Origin: Bacteroidales bacterium
GTDB taxonomy: Bacteria; Bacteroidota; Bacteroidia; Bacteroidales; JAQXIO01
DNA length: 64,000 bases
Direction: 5' to 3'
Assembly (NCBI GenBank): GCA_029007825.1
Contig: JAQXIO010000062.1
Coordinates: 1,252-65,251 of the forward strand
Position 1 is the stretch's first letter. Each line of letters begins with the position of its first letter. A program made the position numbers and the translations under genes. Under the pieces are notes generated by a model, which did not search any database, had not been told where the DNA came from, and saw only the letters and a list, made by a program, of their open reading frames with translations. Of this stretch, positions 36,832 through 46,128 are shown piece by piece.

Positions 36832-38163
36832 TTATAGGTAATAACCGTCGCGGTATTTGTAGCTTAATTTTGAATTGGCCTGATCGTCGTTTACGAATGT
36901 CTGTGATTTCGGATCCCAATTCAGGGTGCGTTGCAGGTCGTCTGCAATGTTTCCGATGTTACACATCGTGCATGAGCTGTGGCCGATTTCTACCGGTACA
37001 TTTGGATCTACGTGTTTACGTACTGCATCGATAAATGCAACATGGTGCGCCGTTCCTGTTTCGTAAGAACCTTCTTTTGCAGCTTCGTCTTCTTTCGGGG
37101 GAAGGAGGCTATCGTCAGAGGCTGAGAAGTGTTCGCGTTGTACACGTAACCAGCTTCCGTCTTTTCCGTAGAATTTAACTCCTTTATCCCATTCTTCTGC
37201 GAATTGTTGTTCGTACAAGGGTACTCCGTTGTCGTAGATGTATGTCATACAGGTAGCTCCGTCAACGCCTTTGGGGATTACTTTAACCGGTCCGCTTCCG
37301 TCTTTGTTAAGTGCCCATTGAACGATGTCGAACATGTGTGCTCCCCAGTCAGTCGTGAAGCCGCCACCCATTTCCTTATACCAGCGCCATGCGCCCCAGA
37401 ATTGTTCGTCCTGTACGGGGTCGAGCGAGATAGGCGGGTTGAGTTCTTTGTTGTAGTGTATGGATGTAGGAAGCGGTCCTAACCATTTGTCCCAGTTCAA
37501 ACCTGCGGGGCATTGTTCTGCGGGCAGATCGTAAGGTTTGGGAGGTGCTCCTACGTAGGCCTGTATTTTTTCCAGTTCGCCCAGACGTCCTTCCTGAATC
37601 ATTTTTACTGCATGCTGGAAGTTTTTATCGGAGCGTTGCTGGCTACCAACCTGTAAGATTCTGTCGTTCTGACGAACGGCTTTGATCAGTTGTTGTCCTT
37701 CATAAACGGTGAAGGTAAGAGGTTTTTCGAGATAGACGTCTTTCCCTGCTTTACAAGCGGCTACGGCTATGAGGGCGTGCCAGTGGTCGGGTGTGGCGAT
37801 AACAACGGCGTCGATATCGTCGCGACCGAGCAGGTCTTCGTAGTTTTCGTACACTTTAACGTCTGATGTTTCCTGCTTTGCTGCGTAGAAATCTTTAACG
37901 ATTTTTTCGAAGCGTGCGCGTTTTACATCGTAAACGTCGGCTCCGGCAACGACTTTAACTCCCGGGATTGCTATAAATCCGCTGAGAAGATATTTTGCTT
38001 GTTGCCCTAAACCGATAAAGCCTAACTGGATGTCGTCGTTAGGCGAAGTTTTCTTTCCTGCACAACTCAGCAGAGTCATTCCAGGAAGGAAAGTCAAACC
38101 GGCTGCAGCTCCTGCCATCGATGTGCGGAGGAATGCACGGCGTGAGATTCTTGATGCTGACAT
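36832..38163 (-). CDS. Gfo/Idh/MocA-family oxidoreductase with twin-arginine signal
   Basis: Tat motif SRRAFLRTSMAGAAAG, then the Rossmann segment GFIGLGQQ. Typical periplasmic Bacteroidota oxidoreductase architecture. Confidence 0.9.
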   Translation of the reverse strand: MSASRISRRAFLRTSMAGAAAGLTFLPGMTLLSCAGKKTSPNDDIQLGFIGLGQQAKYLLSGFIAIPGVKVVAGADVYDVKRARFEKIVKDFYAAKQETSDVKVYENYEDLLGRDDIDAVVIATPDHWHALIAVAACKAGKDVYLEKPLTFTVYEGQQLIKAVRQNDRILQVGSQQRSDKNFQHAVKMIQEGRLGELEKIQAYVGAPPKPYDLPAEQCPAGLNWDKWLGPLPTSIHYNKELNPPISLDPVQDEQFWGAWRWYKEMGGGFTTDWGAHMFDIVQWALNKDGSGPVKVIPKGVDGATCMTYIYDNGVPLYEQQFAEEWDKGVKFYGKDGSWLRVQREHFSASDDSLLPPKEDEAAKEGSYETGTAHHVAFIDAVRKHVDPNVPVEIGHSSCTMCNIGNIADDLQRTLNWDPKSQTFVNDDQANSKLSYKYRDGYYL

Positions 38164-38359
38164 AGTTTAATTGTAATTAGTTCTGGTGTTATTTTATAAT
38201 TATAATAGATACAAAGATAGAAAGAAACATGTTAATATAGCTATATTGACCTGTAAAATATATGATAATCAAATAATATCTGCATAAGATTGTATTTTGT
38301 TTCGTCCAAATAATTACCTTTGTATCTATAATAATCCAAAATTTAAATACTGATTTACT

Positions 38360-39235
38360 ATGCAAAACAGACGCGAATTCCTCAAAAATGCATCTTTGTT
38401 GCTTGCAGGGGGGCTTTTGGCTAACAACTTTTCATCATGTACACAAAACGCAGGGGCTTCTAAAAACATGGGGCTTCAGTTATATTCTTTAAGAGATTAT
38501 GTAAAAGATAATGGCATCCAGAAGACTTTGGAGCTTGTTTCGAAGATGGGGTATAAGAACCTTGAGGCTGCAAGTTACGACAATGGTAAATTGTATGGCA
38601 TAGCTCCCAAAGAGCTGAAGAAGATGTGCGAAGACCTCGGCTTGAGAATGACGAGTTCACATACGGGCCAGGCTTTTACCAAAGAGAAAGAGGGTGAAGT
38701 TATGGCTTGGTGGGATAAGGCTATCGAGGCTCACAATGAATTAGGTGTTAAATATATTGTTCAGCCGTGGTTGCCTGTTAACGACCAGACTACATTGGAT
38801 GAAATAAAGATGTATTGCGATTATTTCAATACGGTGGGCTACAAGACTGCTGCCGCAAGTATCGCATTCGGATATCATAACCATGATTTCGAATTCCGTA
38901 AGATCGACGATCAGATTATTTATGACTATATGCTGAAGAACGTAAGTCCTAATCATGTATTTTTCGAAGCTGACGTTTACTGGATCATGAAGGGTGGTTA
39001 CAATCCGGTGGATTACATGAAGAATTATGCAGACCAGATCAAAGTATTGCACATTAAAGATGAAAAAGAGATCGGAGCAAGCGGCGAAATGGATTTTCAA
39101 CCTATCTTCGAACAGGCTAAGGCTAACAATATCAAGGACTGGTATGTAGAGGTAGAACGTTATACGAACAACAATCCGGAAGAGAGCGTTCAGCAGAGTT
39201 TCGATTTTCTGAACAATGCTTCTTACGTATATTGA
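38360..39235 (+). CDS. sugar-phosphate isomerase/epimerase (xylose-isomerase-like TIM barrel) with Tat-like signal
   Basis: NRREFLKNASLLLAGG signal and TIM-barrel family resemblance (LQLYSLRD..., HNHDFEF, HIKD). Confidence 0.8.
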   Translation: MQNRREFLKNASLLLAGGLLANNFSSCTQNAGASKNMGLQLYSLRDYVKDNGIQKTLELVSKMGYKNLEAASYDNGKLYGIAPKELKKMCEDLGLRMTSSHTGQAFTKEKEGEVMAWWDKAIEAHNELGVKYIVQPWLPVNDQTTLDEIKMYCDYFNTVGYKTAAASIAFGYHNHDFEFRKIDDQIIYDYMLKNVSPNHVFFEADVYWIMKGGYNPVDYMKNYADQIKVLHIKDEKEIGASGEMDFQPIFEQAKANNIKDWYVEVERYTNNNPEESVQQSFDFLNNASYVY

Positions 39236-39261
39236 TTAGAAATCCTGATATAATCTAAATA

Positions 39262-39296
39262 AAAAAGCATCTGATAATTTCAGATGCTTTTTTATT
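39262..39296 (+). terminator. rho-independent terminator
   Basis: gcatctga / tcagatgc stem followed by a T-run. Confidence 0.75.
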
Positions 39297-39338
39297 TTTT
39301 GAATGTATGTAATCTAAAAATATTTGTACCTTTGCAGT

Positions 39339-39512
39339 GCATTGGTTCGCCGTTTATCCTCTATCAGGAAGGGCGATTAAAAGGGAACCGGGTGTGAATC
39401 CCGGACAGTCCCGCTGCTGTGAGTTTCGATAGCGTAATAAACAGATTCTTAGGCCACTGTGAAAACGGGAAGGCGTTTATTTACGGAAACGAGTCAGAAG
39501 ACCTGCCATGCA
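39339..39512 (+). promoter_or_regulatory. cobalamin (B12) riboswitch
   Basis: Conserved core AAGGGAACCGGGTGTGAATCCCGGACAGTCCCGCTGCTGT, then GCCACTG, GGGAAGGC and the B12 box AGTCAGAAGACCTGCC (39492-39507). A TACCTTTG -7 box lies at 39327-39334. Confidence 0.9.
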
Positions 39513-39622
39513 TATACTATCTGATGCTTTCGAGGAAAGAGCGAGGATTTCAAAAATTCCTGTTTTCTTCTTTATCGTTTTGCGGTTGGTAGTTGTGTTG
39601 AATAAGCATACACTTTAATTTT

Positions 39623-40666
39623 ATGCATATGAACAGATTTTTTACTTTTCTTTTTGCCTGTGCCGTTTTTTCTACGGTTTCATTGCAGGCTGAAACTTTG
39701 AATCCGAATTTCGAACTTCTGGATTTGTCGGATATGTTAACGGAGCCTGAGACTGCATGGACGGGCGATACTGTTAACGGAACGGAGGGTGTCAATGACT
39801 ACGGCGACCCTACTTATACGATTAGTTTTTCGGATGCTGTTTACAGTTTTAACAATAGTTATTCGAAAAGCCCTTACGGAAATTATTGGTCGGGTTTTGC
39901 GTATGCAAATACATCGGATGTTACTACTGCCAATTCGAGTAATGTAAGTGCTATTACGGGAAAGGGTTATGAGGATGGTATGGACGATATTTATGTGACT
40001 GCGTTCATTACGGATGCAAATCCTGCCGTTATCAAATTTTTTCCGGATGAGCAGTTCGAACAGTTGGGTATGTATGTGACGAATTCGACTTATGCGTATT
40101 TGTCCATGAAAAACGGGGATGCGTATGCCAAGAAGTTCGGCGGTGAGGACGGCAGCGATCCGGATTGGTTTAAACTGACGGCTATCGGCTGTAATCTTGC
40201 GGGAGATTCTCTTACGGAGACGTCTATTTATCTTGCAGATTTCCGGTCGGATAATCCTGCAGAAGATTATATCGTGAACGAGTGGAAGTGGTTCGACCTT
40301 TCTTCGTTAGGTTCAGTAGGATCGATTCGTTTTGCTTTATCATCAAGCGATAGCGGCGATTGGGGCATGAATACGCCTGCTTATTTCTGCCTGGACGGGT
40401 TGCGTGGAATAAACAGTGAGTATGTTTCTGTTGAAGATGGTATTGAAGATGGTGCCGGTAGGGCTTATTATGCCAACGGAACTTTGTATTTAGACGGTTT
40501 TGCCGGAGCGGTTGTGCGCGTTATCAATATGACGGGTGTTACTGTTTCAGAATGGAATGTGGAGAGCGATACGGAGGCTTTACCTGTAATTTTAGGCAGC
40601 GGAAATTATATTATCCAGTCTGTGAAGGATGGTGTTACCGGTACGCAAAAGATCAGTGTACGGTAA
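39623..40666 (+). CDS. secreted DUF4465-like protein, B12-riboswitch controlled
   Basis: Signal peptide. YWSGFAYANTSD, YVTNSTYAYLSMKNGDAYAKKF, DWFKLTAIG and GMNTPAYFCLDGL recall DUF4465 (from memory). The C-terminal ~70 aa look like a sorting or beta-sandwich domain. Confidence 0.6.
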   Translation: MHMNRFFTFLFACAVFSTVSLQAETLNPNFELLDLSDMLTEPETAWTGDTVNGTEGVNDYGDPTYTISFSDAVYSFNNSYSKSPYGNYWSGFAYANTSDVTTANSSNVSAITGKGYEDGMDDIYVTAFITDANPAVIKFFPDEQFEQLGMYVTNSTYAYLSMKNGDAYAKKFGGEDGSDPDWFKLTAIGCNLAGDSLTETSIYLADFRSDNPAEDYIVNEWKWFDLSSLGSVGSIRFALSSSDSGDWGMNTPAYFCLDGLRGINSEYVSVEDGIEDGAGRAYYANGTLYLDGFAGAVVRVINMTGVTVSEWNVESDTEALPVILGSGNYIIQSVKDGVTGTQKISVR

Positions 40667-40728
40667 TGTTTGTGTGAATCGGATTGCCGAAACGGTGGAT
40701 TCCAGGTGATTCGACGAAATATGATAAT

Positions 40729-40766
40729 AAGGAAGGTTGTTCTGAAAGAACAACCTTCCTTATTTT
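40729..40766. terminator. bidirectional terminator shared by the two convergent B12-regulated units
   Basis: aaggaaggttgttc-tgaa-agaacaaccttcctt, flanked by A/T runs. Confidence 0.8.
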
Positions 40767-40796
40767 GCTGGATATTGTATTTCTAAAATATATCTT

Positions 40797-41918
40797 TTAT
40801 TGTTGTTTTATTATTTTAAATACGGTATTGCCGAGCGGTGTTTCGATGAGCAGGGTGTATTGCCCTTCGGGTAGGTTTCCGGCGGGGATTGTGTTATTTC
40901 CTTCAATGAGGGGAAGGTTTATCAGGCAGGTTCCTACTATGCTGAATATGCGTGCGCGTCCGTCTGCTTGTGCGGCGATAAAGAGTTCGTCACAGAAGGG
41001 GTTCGGATAAACGGTCACTTGGTCTGTAGTTTCGCCTGATTCGATGTTAGTAAAACCGGGATGCAGGTCTTCTATTCCGGCAACTTCTGTGGATGTTTCT
41101 CCCATCCATCCGGCTTCCTGTACCGTTGCACTGTATATTTTAATGAAGTCGATGCCTTTGAGCTCAACAGGATTTCCATTTTTATCGACGGCCCATTCTA
41201 TTTTAAAATTGCTGAGGTCGCTGTTGTTGGGCTGGTTGTCTGCATATCCCCAAGCAAAGGGACGGAGTTCCCAGTTTTGTGCGGTTTCAGTGCCGATGTT
41301 CACGGCATTTCCCGGAATTTTGGTTCCTTCGAAGGTGAGAGTGTTTTCACTTATCCAAAGGGGATAATAGGATGCTTGTTTGTGGTAGTTGTTGCGGTGT
41401 ATATAGCCGGATGCTCCTTTATTGTCTTCCCATTTTACATCGCCGTCGGCAGGGGTGGGGCGGTAGTAGGTGATCTTATAATCTTTTACGGAGTTTGCGT
41501 ATTCGCTTCCTGCCAGTTCGTACCATGTGTCGTCGGGGATGCCGTTTCCGTTTTCGTCGTAGGCAATCATAACGATACCGGGTTCGCTGCTGGTTTGTCC
41601 TGCGTTTCCATATATTTTAAAGTCGTATTCTCCTTTTACATTCTGTATGGTGTGGTCGAATCCGACAACGATGTAGCCTCCGAATCCTCCCAGGGTCAGA
41701 AAGGATGATTTTTTACCGATGAGCTTGTTTTTCGCTTTTTGCAATACATCGTTACCAGTGTCTCCGTCGGTATAACAGGAGGTTACGGTGTTTATGAATT
41801 GCCCGGGGGCGGGGACGTATTCAAATACTTCGCTAATGTAAGGTGAAACGGTTTGAGCGGCGATGCTGGAACTTAATAATACCGCGAGGGCTAATGTTGC
41901 AGTGTATTTTTTATTCAT
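40797..41918 (-). CDS. cell-surface protein of the B12-regulated operon with T9SS C-terminal sorting domain
   Basis: Signal peptide. The C-terminus is VTVYPNPFCDELFIAAQ...GQYTLLIETPLGNTVFKIIKQQ. It is the last gene of the btuB operon. Confidence 0.7.
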   Translation of the reverse strand: MNKKYTATLALAVLLSSSIAAQTVSPYISEVFEYVPAPGQFINTVTSCYTDGDTGNDVLQKAKNKLIGKKSSFLTLGGFGGYIVVGFDHTIQNVKGEYDFKIYGNAGQTSSEPGIVMIAYDENGNGIPDDTWYELAGSEYANSVKDYKITYYRPTPADGDVKWEDNKGASGYIHRNNYHKQASYYPLWISENTLTFEGTKIPGNAVNIGTETAQNWELRPFAWGYADNQPNNSDLSNFKIEWAVDKNGNPVELKGIDFIKIYSATVQEAGWMGETSTEVAGIEDLHPGFTNIESGETTDQVTVYPNPFCDELFIAAQADGRARIFSIVGTCLINLPLIEGNNTIPAGNLPEGQYTLLIETPLGNTVFKIIKQQ

Positions 41919-41924
41919 ATCTGT

Positions 41925-43028
41925 TTAGTTTTGGTTTGTCGTTTCTGTCCGGTTAATACTTATTACGTGGTTGGGGTTGAGGCCGACGTCATCCAATCTG
42001 TATTTCATTTTACCTTCTTTGGAAAAGCATATCACATCACCGGTTACCATAAAGTCGTATGCGTCCGTAATGTAAACATCACCGGTGGCGGGGTTTACGG
42101 ATATGCCATAGGGGGTTGTGATTTGAGTGTCGTCGGTTATAAAGTTTTCGCGTTCAATTTGCCCGGTTTTTACGTTAAAGACTTTCAGCCAGTTTGTTTT
42201 TTCGGAGTAGTCGTAGTTGTAGAGGTAGGCATAATCGCCGGAGATATAGAAATTGAGAACTTCAAGGTCGTATGTTTCGATGAGTTGGTCTGTGCGGCTG
42301 TCGATGCGTTGGAGACAGTATTTTCCGATGCCGTAATCACCCCGCGAAGCGACGTAAACATCTCCGTATTGATCGGCTTCAATGGTGTAAGGGTTGATGC
42401 TTACTTTTATTTTCTTTATTTCCTTAAAGGTGGGTATGTCGATGACGGATACGGTGTTGTCGTAATCCGGATAGTCGAGTCCTCCGGAGTTGGAAACGTA
42501 GAGTTTGTTGTTTGCTACGCATATTCCGTCGGGGTTTCTTCCTACGGTAGTGATTCCGTCTTGTTCGAGGGTGGTCGTGTCGATGCGTATTACGGTGTTG
42601 TCGAAGCAGCAGACATAGGCTTTGTTTTTATCGAAGGCAATATAGCGTGGCTGGCGCGGAACACCTGTTTCGGAGACCATTGGTATGCGCCGGAGAGATT
42701 TTCCGGTCTGTGCATCTACTATTTCGATTTGGCTGGAGACGTTTACTACCAGATATATTTTTGAACCGTAAAGTTTTATATCGTTTGCTGTATCTCCTAA
42801 TCCTCGTCCGTTTTGTGTGGTGAAGTAGTCTTTATCGAGTGTTGAATCGGCAGCGGAGTAGTGGGCGAGGGTGCTGTTGTTCATATATGCAAGGCCTTCG
42901 CATAAGATGTAGAGTTCTGATGTTTCTACCGTCGGGAGTGGTGGATCGACATTGTTTTGCATATCATCGCATGAGAACGTTGTCAGTGTAATAGCGAACA
43001 GAATGGTGAGTCGGAATATTTTTTTCAT
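41925..43028 (-). CDS. BtuG-like surface lipoprotein (YVTN/YncE-type beta-propeller)
   Basis: Lipobox LTTFSC followed by acidic CDD (a surface-export-like signal). There are repeated blade motifs (IYLVVNVSSQIEIVD, AYVCCFDNTVIRID, LYVSNSGG...VSVIDI, VYVASRGD, VYITDAYDF). It lies immediately downstream of the TonB-dependent receptor, as btuG does in Bacteroides. Confidence 0.6.
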   Translation of the reverse strand: MKKIFRLTILFAITLTTFSCDDMQNNVDPPLPTVETSELYILCEGLAYMNNSTLAHYSAADSTLDKDYFTTQNGRGLGDTANDIKLYGSKIYLVVNVSSQIEIVDAQTGKSLRRIPMVSETGVPRQPRYIAFDKNKAYVCCFDNTVIRIDTTTLEQDGITTVGRNPDGICVANNKLYVSNSGGLDYPDYDNTVSVIDIPTFKEIKKIKVSINPYTIEADQYGDVYVASRGDYGIGKYCLQRIDSRTDQLIETYDLEVLNFYISGDYAYLYNYDYSEKTNWLKVFNVKTGQIERENFITDDTQITTPYGISVNPATGDVYITDAYDFMVTGDVICFSKEGKMKYRLDDVGLNPNHVISINRTETTNQN

Positions 43029-43039
43029 AACGGGTGTAT

Positions 43040-45067
43040 TTAATAGTTTACGCTTAATGTGATGCGGAAAGAGCGCCCGGGCATGGGGAAGTTCTTTACG
43101 ATTTCGTAATTTTTATTCAATATATTGAGTATTTCGAGATTTATTTTGGTTGTGTATTGACCAAAACGGAAGCTACGGTTTGCAGAGAGGCTGTGGTCTC
43201 TGTATCCGGGGAGGTAGTTTTCCATTATATTCTGATCTAAGGTGTAACGGCTTCCGGAAGCGAGAAACGAATAGTTGAAATTTATCCAAGGCATTTCGAG
43301 CACTGCGTTACCAGAACCGGATACGCGCGGAGTGTACGCAATCTGTTGTTTGTATGTTTCACTATTTTCCGTTATGTCGAGGGCTTGCTGGTAGGTAAAG
43401 TTCCCCGAAAGGCCGAGTGTGATTTTATCCGTCAGTTTGAATATCATTTCTCCTGTGACGTCGGCTCCTTTTATTGCTACTACTCCGATGTTGTACATGC
43501 TCCAGTTAAAAATATTTTTGCTGGGCTTGGCTACGATTTTATCAGTAATACGGTTGTAGTAGCCGTCTATTGTTGCCTTTATCCGGGGAAGCCATGCGGC
43601 TATACTTTTTGCATAAGTGATGCCTATGTTGTATTGTATTGCATTTTCCGGTTTCAGATCGGGGTTGCCTACTCTGGGATAGTAGAGGTCGTTGAAACTG
43701 GGGAGCCGGAAGATGTGTTTATAGAATGCACGTATGCGTAATTCTTCGTTCCGAATGGGCTTGAAGGAGAGACTGAGATAGGGCGATAGTTTCCGATGGT
43801 TTCCTGCGCATTTTCCTACTTTTGTGTCTTCGTTTATCAGTGTTGCAAGGATAGAGCCTGAAGCGGTGAGCCATTCGTTTGCGTATTTTGCGGCTAAAGC
43901 GGTAAGCCATGTATAGCGTGTCGGAAATGAAAAGTTGTAGTGGTCTGCGCTAAAGGTGTTAATCGCACCGTCGGTAGAAAGTGAGAGTGAGAAATCGGGA
44001 AGTACCCGATAGAGCAAGGATGCTGTCAGATAATATTCCTGCTGACGATAGTTGTTGTCTTTTGCATTTTCGGAGAGGGCGTCCGGATCGAGGTATCTCT
44101 GGTAGCTCCAATTGTATTTTCCTGCTACCTGAAATGCGAAGAGGGGGGAGAATTCTTTTTTATAGTTACTTTGTGCAAAGAAGTTCCTGTCCCATAAATG
44201 TTGCGTTGCGTAAGGGTTATAGTATATCGTTGCGCCGGGTAATCCCCGTGAAGACTGGTAGTAGTAGGCTTTTATGCGCCAAGAGTCCGATGGCGAGAAG
44301 CGTCCGTAGGCTCCTCCTTCAACGCGGAATGTTTTGACGTCGCTGTTGTTGCGTTTTTCACGTGAGGTGCTGTCTCCTTTGCCTCCGTAATAAAGCGTGT
44401 ATGGGTATTCTCCGTTTGATGACATCCATTCGGTATTGAGGGAGAGTGCCCAGCGGGAGCTGATTTTTTTTTCTATCAATAGGAATGGGTTGACAAATCC
44501 GAAGGAGCCTGCTTTTAGGGCGACTTTTGCGTTCCACGTTTTTCCGGGTTCAAACAGCGGGGTTACTGTTCTGATGTTGAGGACTCCTGCCGATGCGAAG
44601 AGCCGTGCGGGTTGAAAGATGTTGTCGCTTTGCCCGTTGTAGAGGGTGATGGCATCGACGTTTTCGATGGAGAAGCGGCTGATGTCTATTTGTCCTGTCT
44701 GGCAATCGGTGATGGCTATTCCGTCGTATCCTACGGCGGTATGGTTTGCTCCGAGGCTACGCAGGGATACGGTTTTCATTCCTCCTATGCCTCCGTAGTC
44801 TTTTACGGTTACACCGGAGAAGTGTTTTACCGCATCGGAGAGTTGAAGTGCGTTGAGTGAATGGAGGTCTTTGGAGTTCAGTATTTGTACGGGTGCGGAG
44901 GAGCGTACTTCGGGGGTATTGTAACGTTCGTTGACTACCACTTCGCCCAGTGAATAGGTTTTGGATGTGTCGGGTGCTTGGGCATAAAGGGGTAAGAGGA
45001 ATACGTTCCAGAGAAGTGTTCCCAGTATACAGAGTTTCTGATACTTTATGCGCAATGTGATATGCAC
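43040..45067 (-). CDS. btuB: TonB-dependent outer-membrane receptor, BtuB-like (B12-riboswitch controlled)
   Basis: Signal peptide, plug-domain motifs (VVVNERYN..., ALQLSDAVKHFSGVTVKDYGG), a 22-strand-type barrel and a terminal ...TLSVNY. A cobalamin riboswitch lies in the leader. Confidence 0.8.
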   Translation of the reverse strand: MHITLRIKYQKLCILGTLLWNVFLLPLYAQAPDTSKTYSLGEVVVNERYNTPEVRSSAPVQILNSKDLHSLNALQLSDAVKHFSGVTVKDYGGIGGMKTVSLRSLGANHTAVGYDGIAITDCQTGQIDISRFSIENVDAITLYNGQSDNIFQPARLFASAGVLNIRTVTPLFEPGKTWNAKVALKAGSFGFVNPFLLIEKKISSRWALSLNTEWMSSNGEYPYTLYYGGKGDSTSREKRNNSDVKTFRVEGGAYGRFSPSDSWRIKAYYYQSSRGLPGATIYYNPYATQHLWDRNFFAQSNYKKEFSPLFAFQVAGKYNWSYQRYLDPDALSENAKDNNYRQQEYYLTASLLYRVLPDFSLSLSTDGAINTFSADHYNFSFPTRYTWLTALAAKYANEWLTASGSILATLINEDTKVGKCAGNHRKLSPYLSLSFKPIRNEELRIRAFYKHIFRLPSFNDLYYPRVGNPDLKPENAIQYNIGITYAKSIAAWLPRIKATIDGYYNRITDKIVAKPSKNIFNWSMYNIGVVAIKGADVTGEMIFKLTDKITLGLSGNFTYQQALDITENSETYKQQIAYTPRVSGSGNAVLEMPWINFNYSFLASGSRYTLDQNIMENYLPGYRDHSLSANRSFRFGQYTTKINLEILNILNKNYEIVKNFPMPGRSFRITLSVNY

Positions 45068-45178
45068 TTTTTTATTTGTGTTTACGTACCGAATGAACTT
45101 TCAAACCGAATGAACCGAAGGGTAACGGTGTGTTACGACCTGATTCAAAGCTTGTTCCTCGAAAGCCTGAAATCCAAG

Positions 45179-45352
45179 TGCATGGCAGGTCTTCTGACTT
45201 ACTCCTGTTCCGGACTGCCTTCCCATCCGTTTCGGGACAGTGGCGGGGTAATGCCGGAACATGTGACGGAGATCACAGCAGCGGGACTGTTCAGGGTTCT
45301 CACCTGATTTCCTATTCTCCTGCCTTACAGAGTGCAAGGCAGAAACCAATGC
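45179..45352 (-). promoter_or_regulatory. cobalamin (B12) riboswitch
   Basis: The minus strand reads GCATTGGTT...GGAAATCAGGTGAGAACCCTGAACAGTCCCGCTGCTGTG...GCCACTG...GGGAAGGC...AGTCAGAAGACCTGCCATGCA. The B12 box is at 45184-45199. A TATCTTTG -7 box lies at 45357-45364 (minus strand). Confidence 0.9.
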
Positions 45353-45362
45353 GTTACAAAGA

Positions 45363-45410
45363 TAAAAAAAATCGGTGAGATTATTTCCCGGTATGGAAAA
45401 CAATCTCACC
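45363..45410 (-). terminator. rho-independent terminator of the pgi-HAD operon
   Basis: ggtgagatt / aatctcacc stem followed by T8 on the minus strand. The T-run runs directly into the riboswitch promoter -7 box. Confidence 0.7.
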
Positions 45411-45441
45411 AATTCGTATGCTCTTTCTTATAAAGGCAGTT

Positions 45442-46128
45442 TTAAGCGAAACGTTCAAGCAATTTGTCCCAATTGTCGGCTAATGCCTGCATGGAAGGAT
45501 ACAATATATCGGCTCCTGCATCGAGCAGTATTTTATCTTCCAACGCGCCTGTGTTTACTCCGATGGTAAATATTCCGGCTGCTTTTGCCGCTTCTATACC
45601 TAGCGGGGCATTTTCGACAACGAGGGCTTCTTCGGGATGGACCTGCCATTTTTTCAATCCCATAAGGTAAGGCTCGGGTTCAGGTTTACCGTATTTGACG
45701 TCGAAAGCCGAAACTATTTTGTCGGGATCCATAAGTCCTTCATAGTCGCGGGTGAGTTTCGTCAATAATTTTTTCTGTCCCGATCCTGTCACTACGGATG
45801 CGGATAGGCCGCTTTGCTTTACTTTCAGAAGTACGTTTTTTGCTCCGTCCATTACTTTCCCGTCGTTTAATTCGTGGAAGCGATCTGCTTTACGTGCATA
45901 GATCGTTTCTTTTTCCTCTTCGGTGGCGTTTCTTTTGAAATGGTGTTGGAAGAGGTAATCGACGGTAGTAGCTCCGGTACGTCCTTCGAGCATATAAAAA
46001 TCGCGTTCGCTACAGGGGATTCCGTAACTTTCTATTACTTCTTTCCATGCCTGAACGTGGTGGCGCATCGAGTCGTATAATACGCCATCCATATCGAAGA
46101 GTACTGCTTTCAGCTGCTTCCTGTCCAT
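45442..46128 (-). CDS. HAD-IA family hydrolase (beta-phosphoglucomutase-like)
   Basis: LFDMDGVLYDS motif I and the C-terminal part of the HAD fold. It overlaps the pgi stop by 1 nt. Confidence 0.8.
   Translation of the reverse strand: MDRKQLKAVLFDMDGVLYDSMRHHVQAWKEVIESYGIPCSERDFYMLEGRTGATTVDYLFQHHFKRNATEEEKETIYARKADRFHELNDGKVMDGAKNVLLKVKQSGLSASVVTGSGQKKLLTKLTRDYEGLMDPDKIVSAFDVKYGKPEPEPYLMGLKKWQVHPEEALVVENAPLGIEAAKAAGIFTIGVNTGALEDKILLDAGADILYPSMQALADNWDKLLERFA

Noticed and set aside
38296-38322. Promoter call TTTG...TACCTTTG upstream of the 38360 gene.
   Set aside because: The -7 box is good (38315-38322), but the nearest TTTG leaves only a 15-nt spacer, outside the usual 19-21 nt. It is not listed as a feature.
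39550-39795. 81-aa minus-strand ORF.
   Set aside because: It overlaps the expression platform of the plus-strand B12 riboswitch and the signal-peptide region of the 39623 gene, so it is an antisense artefact.
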